DNA of 64,000 nucleotides from Azolla caroliniana (lineage: Eukaryota; Plantae; Polypodiophyta). The position numbers and the translations under genes are program-made. Every line of letters begins with the position of its first letter. Within the stretch, counting starts at the first letter, position 1. Of this stretch, positions 23,209-35,413 are shown piece after piece. The notes below the pieces were generated by a model that saw only the letters and a list, made by a program, of their open reading frames with translations, was not told where the DNA came from and did not search any database. Where the stretch lies: the NCBI GenBank assembly GCA_043228905.1, contig JBHGNT010000016.1, positions 1,116,001 to 1,180,000 on the forward strand, read 5' to 3'.

Positions 23209-25007
23209 AGACGGGCCGGTTTTCTCCGTGCCAACTTAATTTGGCGCATGCCGGTGGATGCGCGGTTAGGTGGGGGCGGATGTCGTGAAGAAAACCGCCC
23301 ACAAGAGGAATCGGAGGAACAAGGCGAGGGAAACGGCTCTACACACGCGCGCGCCAAGAAGTACATACGAGGATCCTAGGTGGGTAGTGTCGGTTGGTAT
23401 GCAGTTAATGCCAAACGGCCTCTTGACGGGCTATAAAAGGAAGAGGGAGAATAGAAGTGGGACATCTCGCGCGGAGAGGAGGAAGTGCTGCCGAACCGAT
23501 TTCGAAGCTCCTCTCTCACTCCTGCTCTCTCTGTCTTCTGCTCCATCGTGTACCTGTGCAGGTTTCGAGGAGGCTTGCGCTGTTCCGTGGAACGCCCCGA
23601 GTGCGTCCTGCAGCACCTCCGACCTGTTTTCCCCTTTCCGTGCGTCGCGACATATAGGGGTCGGCATCTGTTCGCCGCCCTGTTCGTTTTCGTTAGTATC
23701 TATTTAGTGCCCCACCGTGGGTTGTAACACTTTAGCTGTTATTTTCCTGCATTCATAAGTACATATCTTCAGTGGTTGCGTCCATCTGTGTCGGCGTTTA
23801 TTTGTGATCCCTGTTTGTTGGGCCGTGTCCCTGTGCAATCTTCGGTTCCGTGTAATCGGGTCTCTCCTTCTCCTCTCCCTCTCTCTTGCTCTTCGGTCCA
23901 AGACCCCCGTGGTCCCTCCTCCTTTCTGCACGCAAGGGCGTAGCAACCCCGACAGCGCTCTCTCTTCTTCTTGCACCAACAAGAAAAAATGACAACAATG
24001 ACCACATCAAAAAAGTTTGCCCTAAGTCATATTTATACTAATATGACTTTTTGGCTATTTACAAATGTAGCCTCGATGGGCTCTCAGAAACATATTTACG
24101 AATATGTCTCTTCCTCCGGTACTCACCGGGTCTGCATCATCCGGCTCTCCGTAGCCGGATGCTTCTCATCCGGTTCTCACCGGGCCTGCACCATCCGGCT
24201 CTCCGTAGCCGGGTACTCCTCATCCGGTCTTCATCGGGTCTATATCATCCGGCTCTCCGTAGCCGGGTACTCCTCATCCGGTCTTCACCGGGTCTGTATC
24301 ATCCAGCTCTCCGTAGCCGGGTACTCCTCATACCGTTCTTCTCCCTTCCCATTCGGAGGGACCTGTCTCCCAACAGAACCGGATGAGGAGTACCCGGCAA
24401 CGGAAGACCCGGTGAGAACCGGATGAGGAGTACTCGGAAACGAAAGACCCGGTGAGAACCAGATGAGGAATACCCGGAAACGGAAGACCCGGTGAGAACC
24501 GGATGATGAGTGCCCGACAAGCGTCGGATGATGCAGGCCCGGTGAGGAGTGCTCACCGGATGAAGGGACATATTCGTAAATATGTTTCTGAGAGTCCATC
24601 GGGGCTATATTTGTAAATAGCCAAAAAGTCATTTTAGTATAAATATGACTTAGGGCAAACTTAGTGTATAATGTTGTCATTTTTGTTGGCACAAGATTAG
24701 AGCGCAATAGTGTACAGAGAGAGAGAGAGAGGAAGAGGTCGTTGCCTCTGTTGTAACCGCCGCCCGTGGCGAAGATAACAAGCTCGAGGTCGTTGCCTCG
24801 GTGCTTTACCATTGTACATTGTGATATAGTGATAGTTTGCAGTCTGTGGGTTGCCGTGGTTTTTCCCTAGTTTGGGTTTTCCACGTTAACATCTTGTGTA
24901 CTCTTCTCTCCATTGTGTCGTGCCTTCATTCCCATTTTTCTGTGTTTGATTCTAAGCTTGGTTGTGGCCGAGCGTTGTTCATCGGGAGCGTGTAGTTCCT
25001 GTCAAAG

Positions 25008-25019
25008 TGGTATCAGAGC
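25008..25019 (+). promoter_or_regulatory. tRNA-iMet primer binding site of copia
   Basis: TGGTATCAGAGC, 3 nt after the LTR end. Confidence 0.95.
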
Positions 25020-25034
25020 GAAACGACACAGAAA

Positions 25035-28000
25035 ATGGACGAATCGCTGGGAGGCATGTTCAAGCTCACCGGCTCCAACTATTCCGTGTGGAAGTCGAAG
25101 ATGAGGGACATGCTCGTGGTTAAAGATCTTTGGTTGCCGATTCAGTTCGGGGACAAGAGACCGGACTAAATCAACGCCACGATATGGGAGGTGATGCACA
25201 TGAAGACAACGACGTACATACGGTGCTTCATCGACATGAGCCTATACAACAACTCCAATAAAGAGAGCAAGGCTCATGAGCTCTGGGAGAAGATCGGCAT
25301 TATGTTTCAAAACAAGAATGCTGTTAACCAGGTTTCAGTATTCCGGAAACTAGTAAGATTGCAGTACCAAGATGGCTCCAGCATAGCGGAGCACATGAAT
25401 GCTTTCCAGGGGCTGATACACCATGCAACATCATTGGAAGTACCTCTTGCTGATGAGGTACTAGTGCTACTCCTGCTCGGTTCCCTCCCGAATAGCTGGG
25501 AGACGTTGGTTGTCACTTTGGGCAACGCCGGGCCGGAAGGGAAACGGTTATCCCTAGCAAGAGTGAAGTCGAGCTTGCTAGATGAGGAGGTGCATCGGAA
25601 AGATAAGGATACGAGCTCCGACACCAAAGCGTTCCTTACCGAATCGGAACGCGGAAGACAAAGGAACCATAGTCCCTAGAATCAGGAAAAGTCAGGGACA
25701 CGGTTAAAGTCAAGGGGGAGGCCTACTTGCTTCTATTGCGGCAAGCCGAGACACTTCCAGAAGAACTGTCGGCATTTCCGAAAAGACAAGGAAACCGACG
25801 GTACTTATTCGAAGGGGACACCGGACCGGAACGGTAAAGACCGGAGGGGGCCGGACCAGAAGGGAACGACGGCAATCACGGCAAGTGAAGAAGAGTTGAT
25901 GCTCATCACTGAGGAGAGTGAGCTAAACCTTGCCAACGACGAGATGACCTGGGTGGTTGACTCCGGAGCGCCGTTCCATCTTACCCCGGACCGGAAATGC
26001 TTCTCATCCTACTTAGCCGGTGATCACGGCTGTGTCTAGATGGGGAATGAAGGTACATGCCGAATTGTCGGCATAGGAGACGTGTGGTTGACAACACCAA
26101 CCGGATGCAAGCTGTTGCTGAAGGATGTCTGACACGTTCCGGAGGTTCGTTTGAACTTGATATCAGTCGGTCGCCTAGATGATGAAGGCTACACAAGTAG
26201 CATCCGGAATGGTGTTATGAAGTTCAACAAAGGGAGCCTGATTGTGGCTCGGGCCTGGAAGGTCAACACGTCGTACTTGATGAATGCCCGGTTATGTCCG
26301 GAGGAAGTGAACGTGGCATCCAACACTGTCGGTGAGCTGTGGCATAAGAGGCTGTGTCACATGAGCGAGAAGGGGATGAAGAGGCTTGCAGAAGACAACC
26401 TCATTCCAGTGAAGAACATGCACTTGGAGAAGTGCACTGATTGTCTGGCTGGTAAACAAAACTGGACCTCCTTCCGATCGAGGCCACCGATGAGACGTAA
26501 TGCACCACTGGAGTTGGTGCATACTGATTTATGTCAAGTGGACACGAAGTCACATGCTGGATTGCAGTACTTCGTGACGTTCATAGATGACCACAACCAG
26601 AAGTTGTGGGCCACACCGTTGAAGACGAAGGATCAGGTGCTATCCGTCTTCAAAGAGCTCCATGCAAGAGTGGAAGGAGAAACTGGCCGAAAGCTAAAGG
26701 CGGTTTGAGCAGATAACGGAGGTGAATATCGGGGGCAGTTTGAGGAGTACTGTCGCTCGAAGGGAATCCGGCTCGAATTTACTGTGCCGGAGACGCCGGA
26801 ACTAAACGGGCTGGCCGAGAGGATGAACCGGACCATAATGGAGAGGGTCCGGAGTATGTTGGCGCATGCAAAACTACCCAAGAAGTTTTGGGCTGAGGCA
26901 CTGTCGACGACAACATATGTGATAAACAGATCACCCTCAGTACCCTTGGACGGAGACACGCCACAGAGAGTTTGGACCGGTAAGGAAGTGTCCTACCGGC
27001 ATCTGAAGGTATTCGAGTGTCTTGCGTATGTGCATGTAGGTAAGGACCAGAGAGGAAAACTAGATTCGAAGACCCGACCATGCATATTCCTCGGTTACGG
27101 CGACGATGAGTTCGGCTACCGAGTGTGGGACCTAGTCGACAAGAAGGTATTCCGGAGTCGAGATATTATCTTCATGGAGGACAAGACGCTCGCCGACTGG
27201 GAGTCAGAGAAGAAGATTATGAACTCCGAGTCGACGAGTAAGGATCGATTCTACGATGAGCTGACCCAATCGGCAAGAGACCGGTTAGCACTCGAGGAAC
27301 CAGCCGGTTACAGTGAGGATACTGAACCGGCAGAAGAAGAAGTAGAGGAAGCTGAAACCGGAACCGGCCAAGACCCCGAATCGGATTCGGATGAAGAGCA
27401 AATGGAGGAGCCGGTTATCGAAGCCCAGAGACGAAGATATCCTCTCAGAGAGAGAAGGGCCCCCCGGAGATTTCCGTATCCAGACCATGTGCTGCTAACC
27501 GATGAGGGGGAGCTACAAAGCTTCGAAGAAGCGAAGGATGACACCCACAGCCGAAAATGGTTTAAGTGCCATGCAGGATGAGATGGATTCCCTACATGAG
27601 AACCATACGTACAAATTGGTGGAGTTGTCGAAAGGAAAGCGGGCACTCCGAAACAAGTGGGTGTACAAGTTGAAACCGGGAGATGCCGACAACCCCCCAA
27701 GATACAAAGCCAGGATTGTGGTGAAGGGGTTCTAGCAGAAGAAGGGCGTGGACTTCGACGAGATATTTGCCCCGGTAGTAAAGATGACCTCCATCCGGAC
27801 GGTGCTGAGTATAGCGGCAAGCATGAACCTCGAGGTAGAGCAGTTGGACGTGAAGACGACATTCCTTCACGGTGACCTCGAAGAGGAGATCTACATGCAG
27901 CAACCGGAAGGATTCGTGGAGAAAGGGAAGGAGCAACTGGTTTGCCGGTTGAAGAAGAGCCTGTACGGACTGAAGCAGGCTCCCCGACAATGCTACTGTA

Positions 28001-28060
28001 CTGACAAGCTGGATGCATGTCGGAAGTGGGTCGGACTAGTACGACATCCCATGCCAGAGT
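25035..28060 (+). pseudogene. Copia gag-pol, multiple stops/frameshifts, most of RT and RNaseH deleted
   Basis: Motifs [88 protein letters not shown]. The sequence then jumps at ~27990 to the extreme C-terminus. Confidence 0.92.
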
Positions 28061-28104
28061 GAAGGGGGAACCTGTTAGGAAACAAGTCCCTCCGGATGGG
28101 AAGT

Positions 28105-28290
28105 GAGAAGACCCGGTGAGAACCGGATGAGGAGTACCCAGCAACGGAAGACCCGGTGAGAACCGGATAAGGAGTACCCGGAAACGGAAGACCCGGTGAG
28201 AACCGGATGAGGAGTACCCGGCAACGGAAGACCCGGTGAGAACCGGATGAGGAGTACCCGGAAACGGAAGACCCGGTGAGAACCAGATGA
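28105..28290. repeat. 40-bp tandem repeat in copia LTR U3 (about 4.5 copies)
   Basis: Unit CGGAAGACCCGGTGAGAACCGGATGAGGAGTACCCGGCAA; also at 11214-11310 and 24376-24510. Confidence 0.92.
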
Positions 28291-28496
28291 TGAGTGCCCG
28301 GCAAGCGCCGGATGATGCAGGCCCGGTGAGGAGTGCTCACCGGATGAAGGGACATATTCGTAAATATGTTTCTGAGAGTCCATCGGGGCTATATTTGTAA
28401 ATAGCCAAAAAGTCATTTTAGTATAAATATGACTTAGGGAAAACTTAGTGTATAATGTTGTCATTCTTGTTGGCGCAAGATTAGAGCGCAACAGTG

Positions 28497-28534
<38 letters not shown>

Positions 28535-28804
28535 GAGGTTGTTGCCTCTGTTGTAACCGCCGCCCGTGGCGAAGATAACAAGCTCGAGGTCATTGCCTCG
28601 GTGCTTTACCATTGTACATTGTGATATAGTGATAGTTTGCAGTCTGTGGGTTGCCGTGGTTTTTCCCTAGTTTGGGTTTTCCACGTTAACATCTTGTGTA
28701 CTCTTCTCTCCATTGTGTCGTGCCTTCATTCCCATTTTTCTGTGTTTGATTCTAAGCTTGGTTGTGGCCGAGCGTTGTTCATCGGGAGCGCGTAGTTCCT
28801 GTCA

Positions 28805-29010
28805 GTACCTAAGGGGAGGGAGGTTATTAATGTCTAGACCGTTCGCAAGAAGCCAACTCACCATCGTGACATACCATGAGCTAGTATAGCGGACTCATAC
28901 AATGATCGAGAGGCCTTAAAGGTTTGATGGGATATTCTATCATGTGGTTGGCTATGTATCCTGTGGATAAAGACTACAAGTTGAAAAAGTGCCTTTACTA
29001 ACATCGAGGT
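28805..29010 (-). mobile_element. Old RTE-X-like LINE fragment, part 1
   Basis: Reads ..SSWYVTMVSWLLANGLDINNLPPLRY and continues in frame (NHTVDN..KMLYYKEHF) at 11173 once the copia and one TSD copy are removed. Confidence 0.75.
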
Positions 29011-29854
29011 TAAAGTGAACTTTGTCTTGCAAGGTAATCGCTCTTCTCTTTCTTGATCGTAGACCACTACAATCTTCACTTCAATATTTTGATGAAGATA
29101 AGGCTCGAACCGCCTCCCTCTTGTTGAGAGTTGACCACCACGACCGCCAAGCTAGAGCTCCACCTTTATGTTAAACTTCTTCCCTTCTTTATGTATTTTT
29201 ATGATATCTCTTATGTAATACATAATTTGATTGATATCTCATACATATCTCTCTTTGATCTTCTCTTTCACCCTTTAAATAGGTGCCCCCATGCATATGA
29301 TGCACTGGAGGGTACAAGACATGCATGTGATGCATGATCGCCATTTGGCGTTCATGCATTACATGTGATGCATGATAAACATCTTGCTCATTTGAGCTTT
29401 TATGTATGAAACAATATATGCAATAACAATAAACATGAAAATGTAATCTTAAAGAGAAAGGACCTAGCCTAATGGTAGGTGTGTTGACTTGGGTGTATGA
29501 TGTTGTAGGTTTGAGTCTCAAAATACCATTGAATACAACATACAACTTTATTTTTATATCATGAAGCAAATCCTTTATGTAATATAAAATATGCTTTATT
29601 ATTTAGGTATATTACTAGTATAGAGTAAATGGTAAGATTTGAGAGTCATAGGGCGGGGTTATTGGTTCAAGTCCTCTCTTGTTTATGTAATATAATATAT
29701 TTATCAATATATATATATATTATTTTTCTTTACATATATATCTAATATTAACATATGTGTTGTTAATATTATCTTTATATATAAAACATTATCAAATGTT
29801 ATTTTAGTTACGTATTTATCTTATTGTAGACTTTTAATGTGAAGCTTTCGTACT

Positions 29855-30020
29855 TCACGACACCATTGCCTCCCTTACAAGCAATAAAATACACGATCTC
29901 ATCAATGTAGATCCCAAAAAGAGTCGGAGATAGGGGGCAACCTTGTTTTACACCAATAGTACTAGTGAAACAATTGGATAGGCCACTTGGGCATCGAACA
30001 CACCCAGACACTTGTTCATA
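29855..30020 (-). mobile_element. Short LINE RT fragment (same clade as the 12.3-kb LINE), next to a (GA)n run
   Basis: FTSTIGVKQGCPLSPTLFGIYIDE is nearly identical to the intact LINE RT motif. Confidence 0.75.
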
Positions 30021-30028
30021 TAGTGCGT

Positions 30029-30059
<31 letters not shown>

Positions 30060-30419
30060 GTGTGTGAGGGGGGAAGAAAAAAAACGATGACGTTCCAATA
30101 ATAGTGTCGAAACATGTTTCTCATGTGATGTTGAACTTGAAACTCTGTTTTTTGTGATTGTTTTTCTCGTTGCGAAGCTCGATAAGAGATTTTTCCATTG
30201 ATTATTTGGATGTTAAGTTTCATAGTCACTGCAAAAAGTTACAAGGAAAATTGTGATTGTCTCGAGTTTGTTCTCATGATCTTTGTAAGCATTTTCGTAG
30301 GATACTTGGCCAAAGTGTGACCTGTTAGCCCATAAGTCAGTCCCATGACGAAGCGGTTGTTGCTCACCTAGCATGATCTAAGCAAGGTGAACAATAATTG
30401 AGGATTAGATGCGAGCGAA

Positions 30420-31330
30420 ACTCCCGCCAATGGCTAAGATGTTCATTCGACTCTCTTCTCTTTGTAGGAGGTCTGGCAGCCTTTGAATCACAAGTAAGCA
30501 AAAAAAAAGGGAGGAAAGAGGACCCAAAGCAAGTTGATGATTGTTTATGGATGTGGTAGTAATGATGGTTGTGAAATTTACAAACGGCAAAAATGTATTG
30601 ATTCTACAAATAATGAGAAAACATCGTATGTTGCAATTCTCGGTGGGAAAGATGTTATTAGGGATGATTATGATGTTAATAATCGTTGTGATTTTGTTAA
30701 TGCTTTGCTTTCTAATTTTATGAAAAAATGAGAAATATGTTAAAGATTGTGTAGAAGAGGATGTTGTAGATGTGGTGGTAGAGACCAAGTCCATGTTAGC
30801 AACTTTTGACACGTTTTATGATCATTGTGTTATTTTGTATTTCACTAGTAAACTTCCTTTTGTATCATGGATTAAGCGGTGGTTGAGCTTATTCATAATG
30901 CCTATGGGTGTATGTGGGTCCAAGAGGTTTCTATGATGTGGTTTTTTATCATCAAAACATTGTACGACTTTGATAGCGAAGGTACCAATCTTTTTTTATA
31001 GAAGATTAGTGCATGTGATGGAATGGGTTCCTATGGTTGATTATAAAGATTTATTGAAACAACAATGTCCAAATTGGGTGGTTGTTGATCGTAGTAACTC
31101 ATTCTTTAGGGAATCACTACCAGAATCAATGTCTCAAATTGGTAAAGTTTTGGTTACTTGCGTTAATTCTTTCAAATGTAGATTTTGCATGTTATGAGAC
31201 ATTTGTTGTAAACTTCCATGATGGTTGAGTATAGAGACATCTCGATTTGGTCAATTTTGTTTTAAGCTTTAGTGGGAAACTTTTGAAGGACATTTTTTTA
31301 TGTGGTCAGTTAGGGCATTTTATGGTTGAA
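30420..31330 (+). mobile_element. Highly degenerate L1 ORF1-like relic
   Basis: EWVPMVD..CPNWVVV..IGKV and a terminal C..GH knuckle-like stretch; many stops. Confidence 0.4.
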
Positions 31331-31409
31331 TTAGAATTACATTTAGAATTTTTATCGTCCATAAAGAGGCAAATTTTGACCTATGGGACTAGAGTATACA
31401 TGTGTTCTT

Positions 31410-31830
31410 GATATGTGTCTCCTTCCTAAGAAGGGGTATTCATACATTGAAGCACAAAGTCTCTATGTGCGAATAAAGCATGCACATATGAGCTCAACCT
31501 TCTCGGTGGTGTCTTAAGTATGGCACTTAAGTTATCACTCCCTCTTAGTATGTCAACATATCTTGAACAAATTGCACTATATGTCGAGCATGTGAAGAGC
31601 AAGTGCCATTCATCCTCTACCATGCCTTCATTGCATATTTTGCATGCCTTCAAATTAGTTACATTTTGATACCATGATGCAACTTCAATACCTAACTTGT
31701 GAGATCGAGTGCGAAGTAGTGTAAGGGCTCTACGACCATTTCTACTCATATTGGTAATGAGATAAGGTTGGATACGATCAATAGGCATTCTTCCTTTATA
31801 TTGAGACCAACATTCAAGGTTGACATTTTA
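31410..31830 (-). mobile_element. RTE-X-like LINE 3' fragment
   Basis: LRTRSHKLGIEV..CKIC..VEDEWHLLFTC motif. Confidence 0.75.
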
Positions 31831-31839
31831 CACATCCTT

Positions 31840-32260
31840 TGTTAGTAATGTTGTCCAATCTTGCAACCAATTGTGATATTGTGGGTTTGCATATTCCTTC
31901 TGGTGGACAAATGGTGGTACAAGCATTGGCTGATGATTCTTTTATGTTTCTGCACAAGGCTCAAAAGAAAATCTTGAAAAGAGTGTGCAAATTTGGGATC
32001 AATTTGCCTTGGCTTTAGGGTTGCATATAAATTGGCGGAAGTCTCGCCTTATTTCTTGTACACAAAGTGATTTGGAATGTTTGGGATGCTGAGGGTTAGT
32101 GATTACACGAGGATTAACTTATCGACATTTGGGGCATCCACCGGGTGTTGATGTTACAAATGTTTAATTGATTGACTAGATTGGTAGTAAATTGAAGGAC
32201 AATTTTATGTATTGGAAGTCTCAATTATGACCCTTTCATGACTCAAAATGGTGCAATGTA
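31840..32260 (+). mobile_element. Degenerate L1 RT fragment
   Basis: ALADDS..LGLHINWRKS..YRHLG remnants with stops. Confidence 0.55.
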
Positions 32261-32745
32261 TCCAGCAACACTAGGCAAGACAATGTCTCCCGGACAAATG
32301 GATGAACAAATCTTCTAATTTGTATATCACACACACATACTTGGTGCCATACTTGGTGCTAATGAGAGAGAGTGTTTGTGCCTATTTTTGGATGATGTCT
32401 AGAAGAAGAAGGAGAAGAAGAACCCTCTGTCAGATATAACACAGCCTTAAAACCCTGTCTAGAACCCTAAACCCAGATATAACACATTGTCATCTGTGGA
32501 GTGCATTGTTTTACACAATTTAAACTGCTTAATCATGAAAATGTAAGTACTTGATGGGTAAATATCTAGCAGCTAATGCTAGCAACATTCCAAAGGGATC
32601 ATTTTTCAAGTTGTTATTTTATAAGCCATTTGCTTCTTTATCAAATTGGGCTGATTTTCTTTGATCATATTCTCGAATGGGAGTGTGTATTTAGATTGTA
32701 AATTGATTGCACGGAACTCAGTTTTGCTTATCACAAATCCTAGCC

Positions 32746-35413
32746 ATGTTTTTCTCTCTCGTCCCCTCTCCTCTTCAACAATTCCTTCGCTCTTTGCTCT
32801 TCAGAGGCAAGCTTGTTCTATTATCACGTTCGCCACTTCTTGTAAGTATACATATACTGTATACATAAATATTATGCACACATATAAAATCTTTTTCTAT
32901 TTGAACTGGGTTCTCTAAAAGAGAGCGAGTTTTCACCATTTTAATTTATAGATGTGTTTTATCGAAGTTTTCTTATCAATTTAAAGTGGTATCTGATCAT
33001 TTTGGAGAGAGGTATTTATTTGCCATTTTTGGAGGTGTTCCACCATTTTAGGAGAGGCATCTGGCCATTTTAGGACAGGTTCCCCCTCTACCATTTTAGA
33101 GAGGTATTTCACCTTTTTAGAGATGTTTTTTAGACCACTTTGGAGGCGTGTTTCACCATCTAATTTGAAAGCTGTTTTTGGCATTTAAATTAGAGGTAAG
33201 CTGCCATTTTTTGTATGATATAAGTAGTGTCTGAAGAGAATTATCATTAAGCTGCCATTTTTTGTATGATATAAGTAGTGTCTGAAGAGAATTATCATTT
33301 TGTGATGTGTTTTATTGATGGTCGCAAAAAGATAACACATGAATGGTTTTAACGTCAATATTAGAAAGGATTTATTGATGTCATTTAACTCCCTTGGGGA
33401 TTTACAGGATGATCACCATTGACAAATGCCCAGTGATTTAATCTATTGGATAGAAAGTGTGAGGTTTGCAGTTCTTGACCACACCTTATGGGGTTTGGCT
33501 CAAAAGCTCTGAAGGTTTAGATTTTTCCAGACCAAGAAAGACAACTTCACAATTGTCTCTAGCAACTAGAGATGCTTTATTGAACCTTTGTAAAATCACC
33601 GGAGAGCACTCTTGTTTGTTTAGAAACTGTAAAGCTGACTGGTTTATAAGAATCATGTTTAAACATGCATTTTAGCCATATTGGGTCCGAGGTACCTTGC
33701 CATTCTTAAAGGTTTCTTTACCAATGTTTAGAGAGTTACTGTACCATAACCATCTTGTTTTTGGGTGCAGAACTTAACAGTTCCTCAGAGCTTCTTTATA
33801 CACTTCTATATACTAGGGACATTTTTTAACGGCTTGCTTCTGTCGATGATGCTTTGCTATATATTTTGTATGCCCTCCTTCATGGGTGAGTTCAAGATGG
33901 GAAGGCAAGAAGCATGGAGATCCCTTGTGTTCTTGTTCCTCTTGGAATTGCAAATTTTGAGAAGGCTCTACGAGAACTTATTCGTCACAAAGTTCAGCCC
34001 ATTTGCCAGGATGCATGTTCTTGTTTATCTCCTTGGCCTACTGTGAGTTAGTTAAATTGTCGCTTATCCATAACTTTTATGGACCTGTCACACCAACACA
34101 CAACATTAATGTTCATCTTCCAAAAATCTAATACCAAATGTGATAAATGAATGTGTATGCGCGTGCACGCATCATTGTATTGGGGTCTTTACCATTTCTC
34201 ACAAAGAACATTTTTTTATTTGTGGTTTTATGCACAGGTACTATGTCCTGGCACCTTTGTCATTGTTTCCAAGGGCAGAGGAAATGCTTGTAAAAACATT
34301 CCGAGGACTGAAGTCTTATAGGCATGAGGAACTCCACATTGATAGCGAGGCATGGAAATCCTTACTTGAAATAGGCTGGCTTTATTGGTTAGGCGGTCTT
34401 ATATTTATCTGGGGATGGTTTCATCAGTTTCGATGTCATATGATCTTGGTAAGTTTCAAAGAGTATGAAAAATCTTCTCGCCCGTATTTTAAATGCCAAT
34501 GTCATGGTTTTGAAATCCTCATGCCAGGCTTCCTTAAGATCAAAGAGTAAAGAAGATCGCAATGTTTATAAGATACCATATGGTGATTGGTTCGAATATG
34601 TCTCCTCAGCGCATTACTTTGCAGAGTTTGTAAGTATTACAATGAAGATTTATATGTACATGTAGAAAATTAGAATCTCATCAATCTAGTTTTATCCCAA
34701 AGAGATGCATTAAGTACATACCATTGTCCGAAGTTTGTAAATGTATGTGATTTGAATGGGCATCAATGTCATGCTTCAAGGGGATGCCTTTAGTACCCTT
34801 TGGCACTATTTTCTTTTGTCAAGTTGCCATTGATGTAAGTCTTCATGGGTTTTTTCCCCACACCATCACACCAGATTGATCATGTGCATATATGTTGGTG
34901 CTATACATACGTATGATATCATTTATGATGCATGTTGTAGTACTTATGTGTATATTTTCTTGCAATGAGCTAAAACTGTATACAAAGTTCATATTTTGCA
35001 TGTCTTACAAATTAGAACGGGGTTAATCCAAACCCAAGATTGGCACCAACCATTGGCAAATTATATTTTTGTAGGTGATGTATTTCAGCTTTATAGTGGC
35101 AACAGGGGGTCGAAATATTGATTCTTGGCTATTATTTGCGGTTGTTGTAAGTTTGTTCTCTCCTTTTGTGTAAAACCATCAATACTCCGTCCTCCTTTTC
35201 TTCTTCTTTGTTTCTAGTGATTCTCTCCTCGTGAGTGTTGTATTCTGTTACTTCTCTCTCTAGAGCACATGCCTTGAAGAAATAAAATATTGGTTGGTGC
35301 CCATACAGGTTCTAAACCTTTGGATAGTCGCCATTGATACACACAAATGGTACAAAGCAAAATTTGAAGACTATCCTGTATCTCGTAAAGCAATAATACC
35401 TTTTGTATATTGA
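32746..35413 (+). CDS. Polyprenol reductase / 3-oxo-5-alpha-steroid 4-dehydrogenase family, copy 1 (N-terminally shortened)
   Basis: Exons 32746-32841, 33771-34042, 34238-34448, 34528-34629, 35075-35146, 35309-35413. Motifs [67 protein letters not shown]. The start is taken at an internal Met relative to copy 2. Confidence 0.85.
33197..33298. repeat. Perfect 51-bp tandem duplication in intron 1
   Basis: TAAGCTGCCATTTTTTGTATGATATAAGTAGTGTCTGAAGAGAATTATCAT occurs twice. Confidence 0.9.

Larger units (their letters stand above)
16877..23954 (+). mobile_element. Intact Ty3/gypsy LTR retrotransposon (no chromodomain), very recent
   Basis: 674-bp LTRs at 16877-17550 and 23281-23954 (TGTCG..CGACA); only one mismatch spotted (17251 C / 23655 T). 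4-bp TSD GCGC, G-rich PPT at 23263-23280, uninterrupted gag-pro and pol. Confidence 0.97.
11311..24375 (-). mobile_element. Solo LTR A of a related copia family, antisense inside the host 5' LTR and itself interrupted three times
   Basis: Pieces at 11311-11413, 12111-12293, ~16851-16876 and 23955-24375 join into one LTR with TG..CA ends. TSD GAACC at 11306-11310 and 24376-24380. Confidence 0.88.
11179..28804 (+). mobile_element. Ty1/copia LTR retrotransposon (Tnt1-like), decayed, 5' LTR interrupted by a 13-kb nest
   Basis: 5' LTR is 11179-11310 plus 24376-25004; 3' LTR is 28073-28804 (TG..CA). TSD GTATC/GTACC, tRNA-iMet PBS at 25008-25019, PPT at 28057-28072. Confidence 0.92.

Noticed and set aside
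17300-23366. Many 100-270 aa antisense or alternate-frame ORFs over the gypsy element
   Set aside because: Expected shadow ORFs in GC-rich coding DNA; no recognisable motifs.
16877-23954. GC-rich block as a bacterial insert or contamination
   Set aside because: It has LTRs, a eukaryotic tRNA PBS, a TSD and older relatives in the same window, so it is a resident retrotransposon.
11149-28593. 40- and 54-bp regularly spaced repeats as a CRISPR-like array, and their repetitive ORFs as proteins
   Set aside because: The units are contiguous with no unique spacers and no cas genes, and they lie inside copia LTRs. The ORFs are by-products of the repeats.
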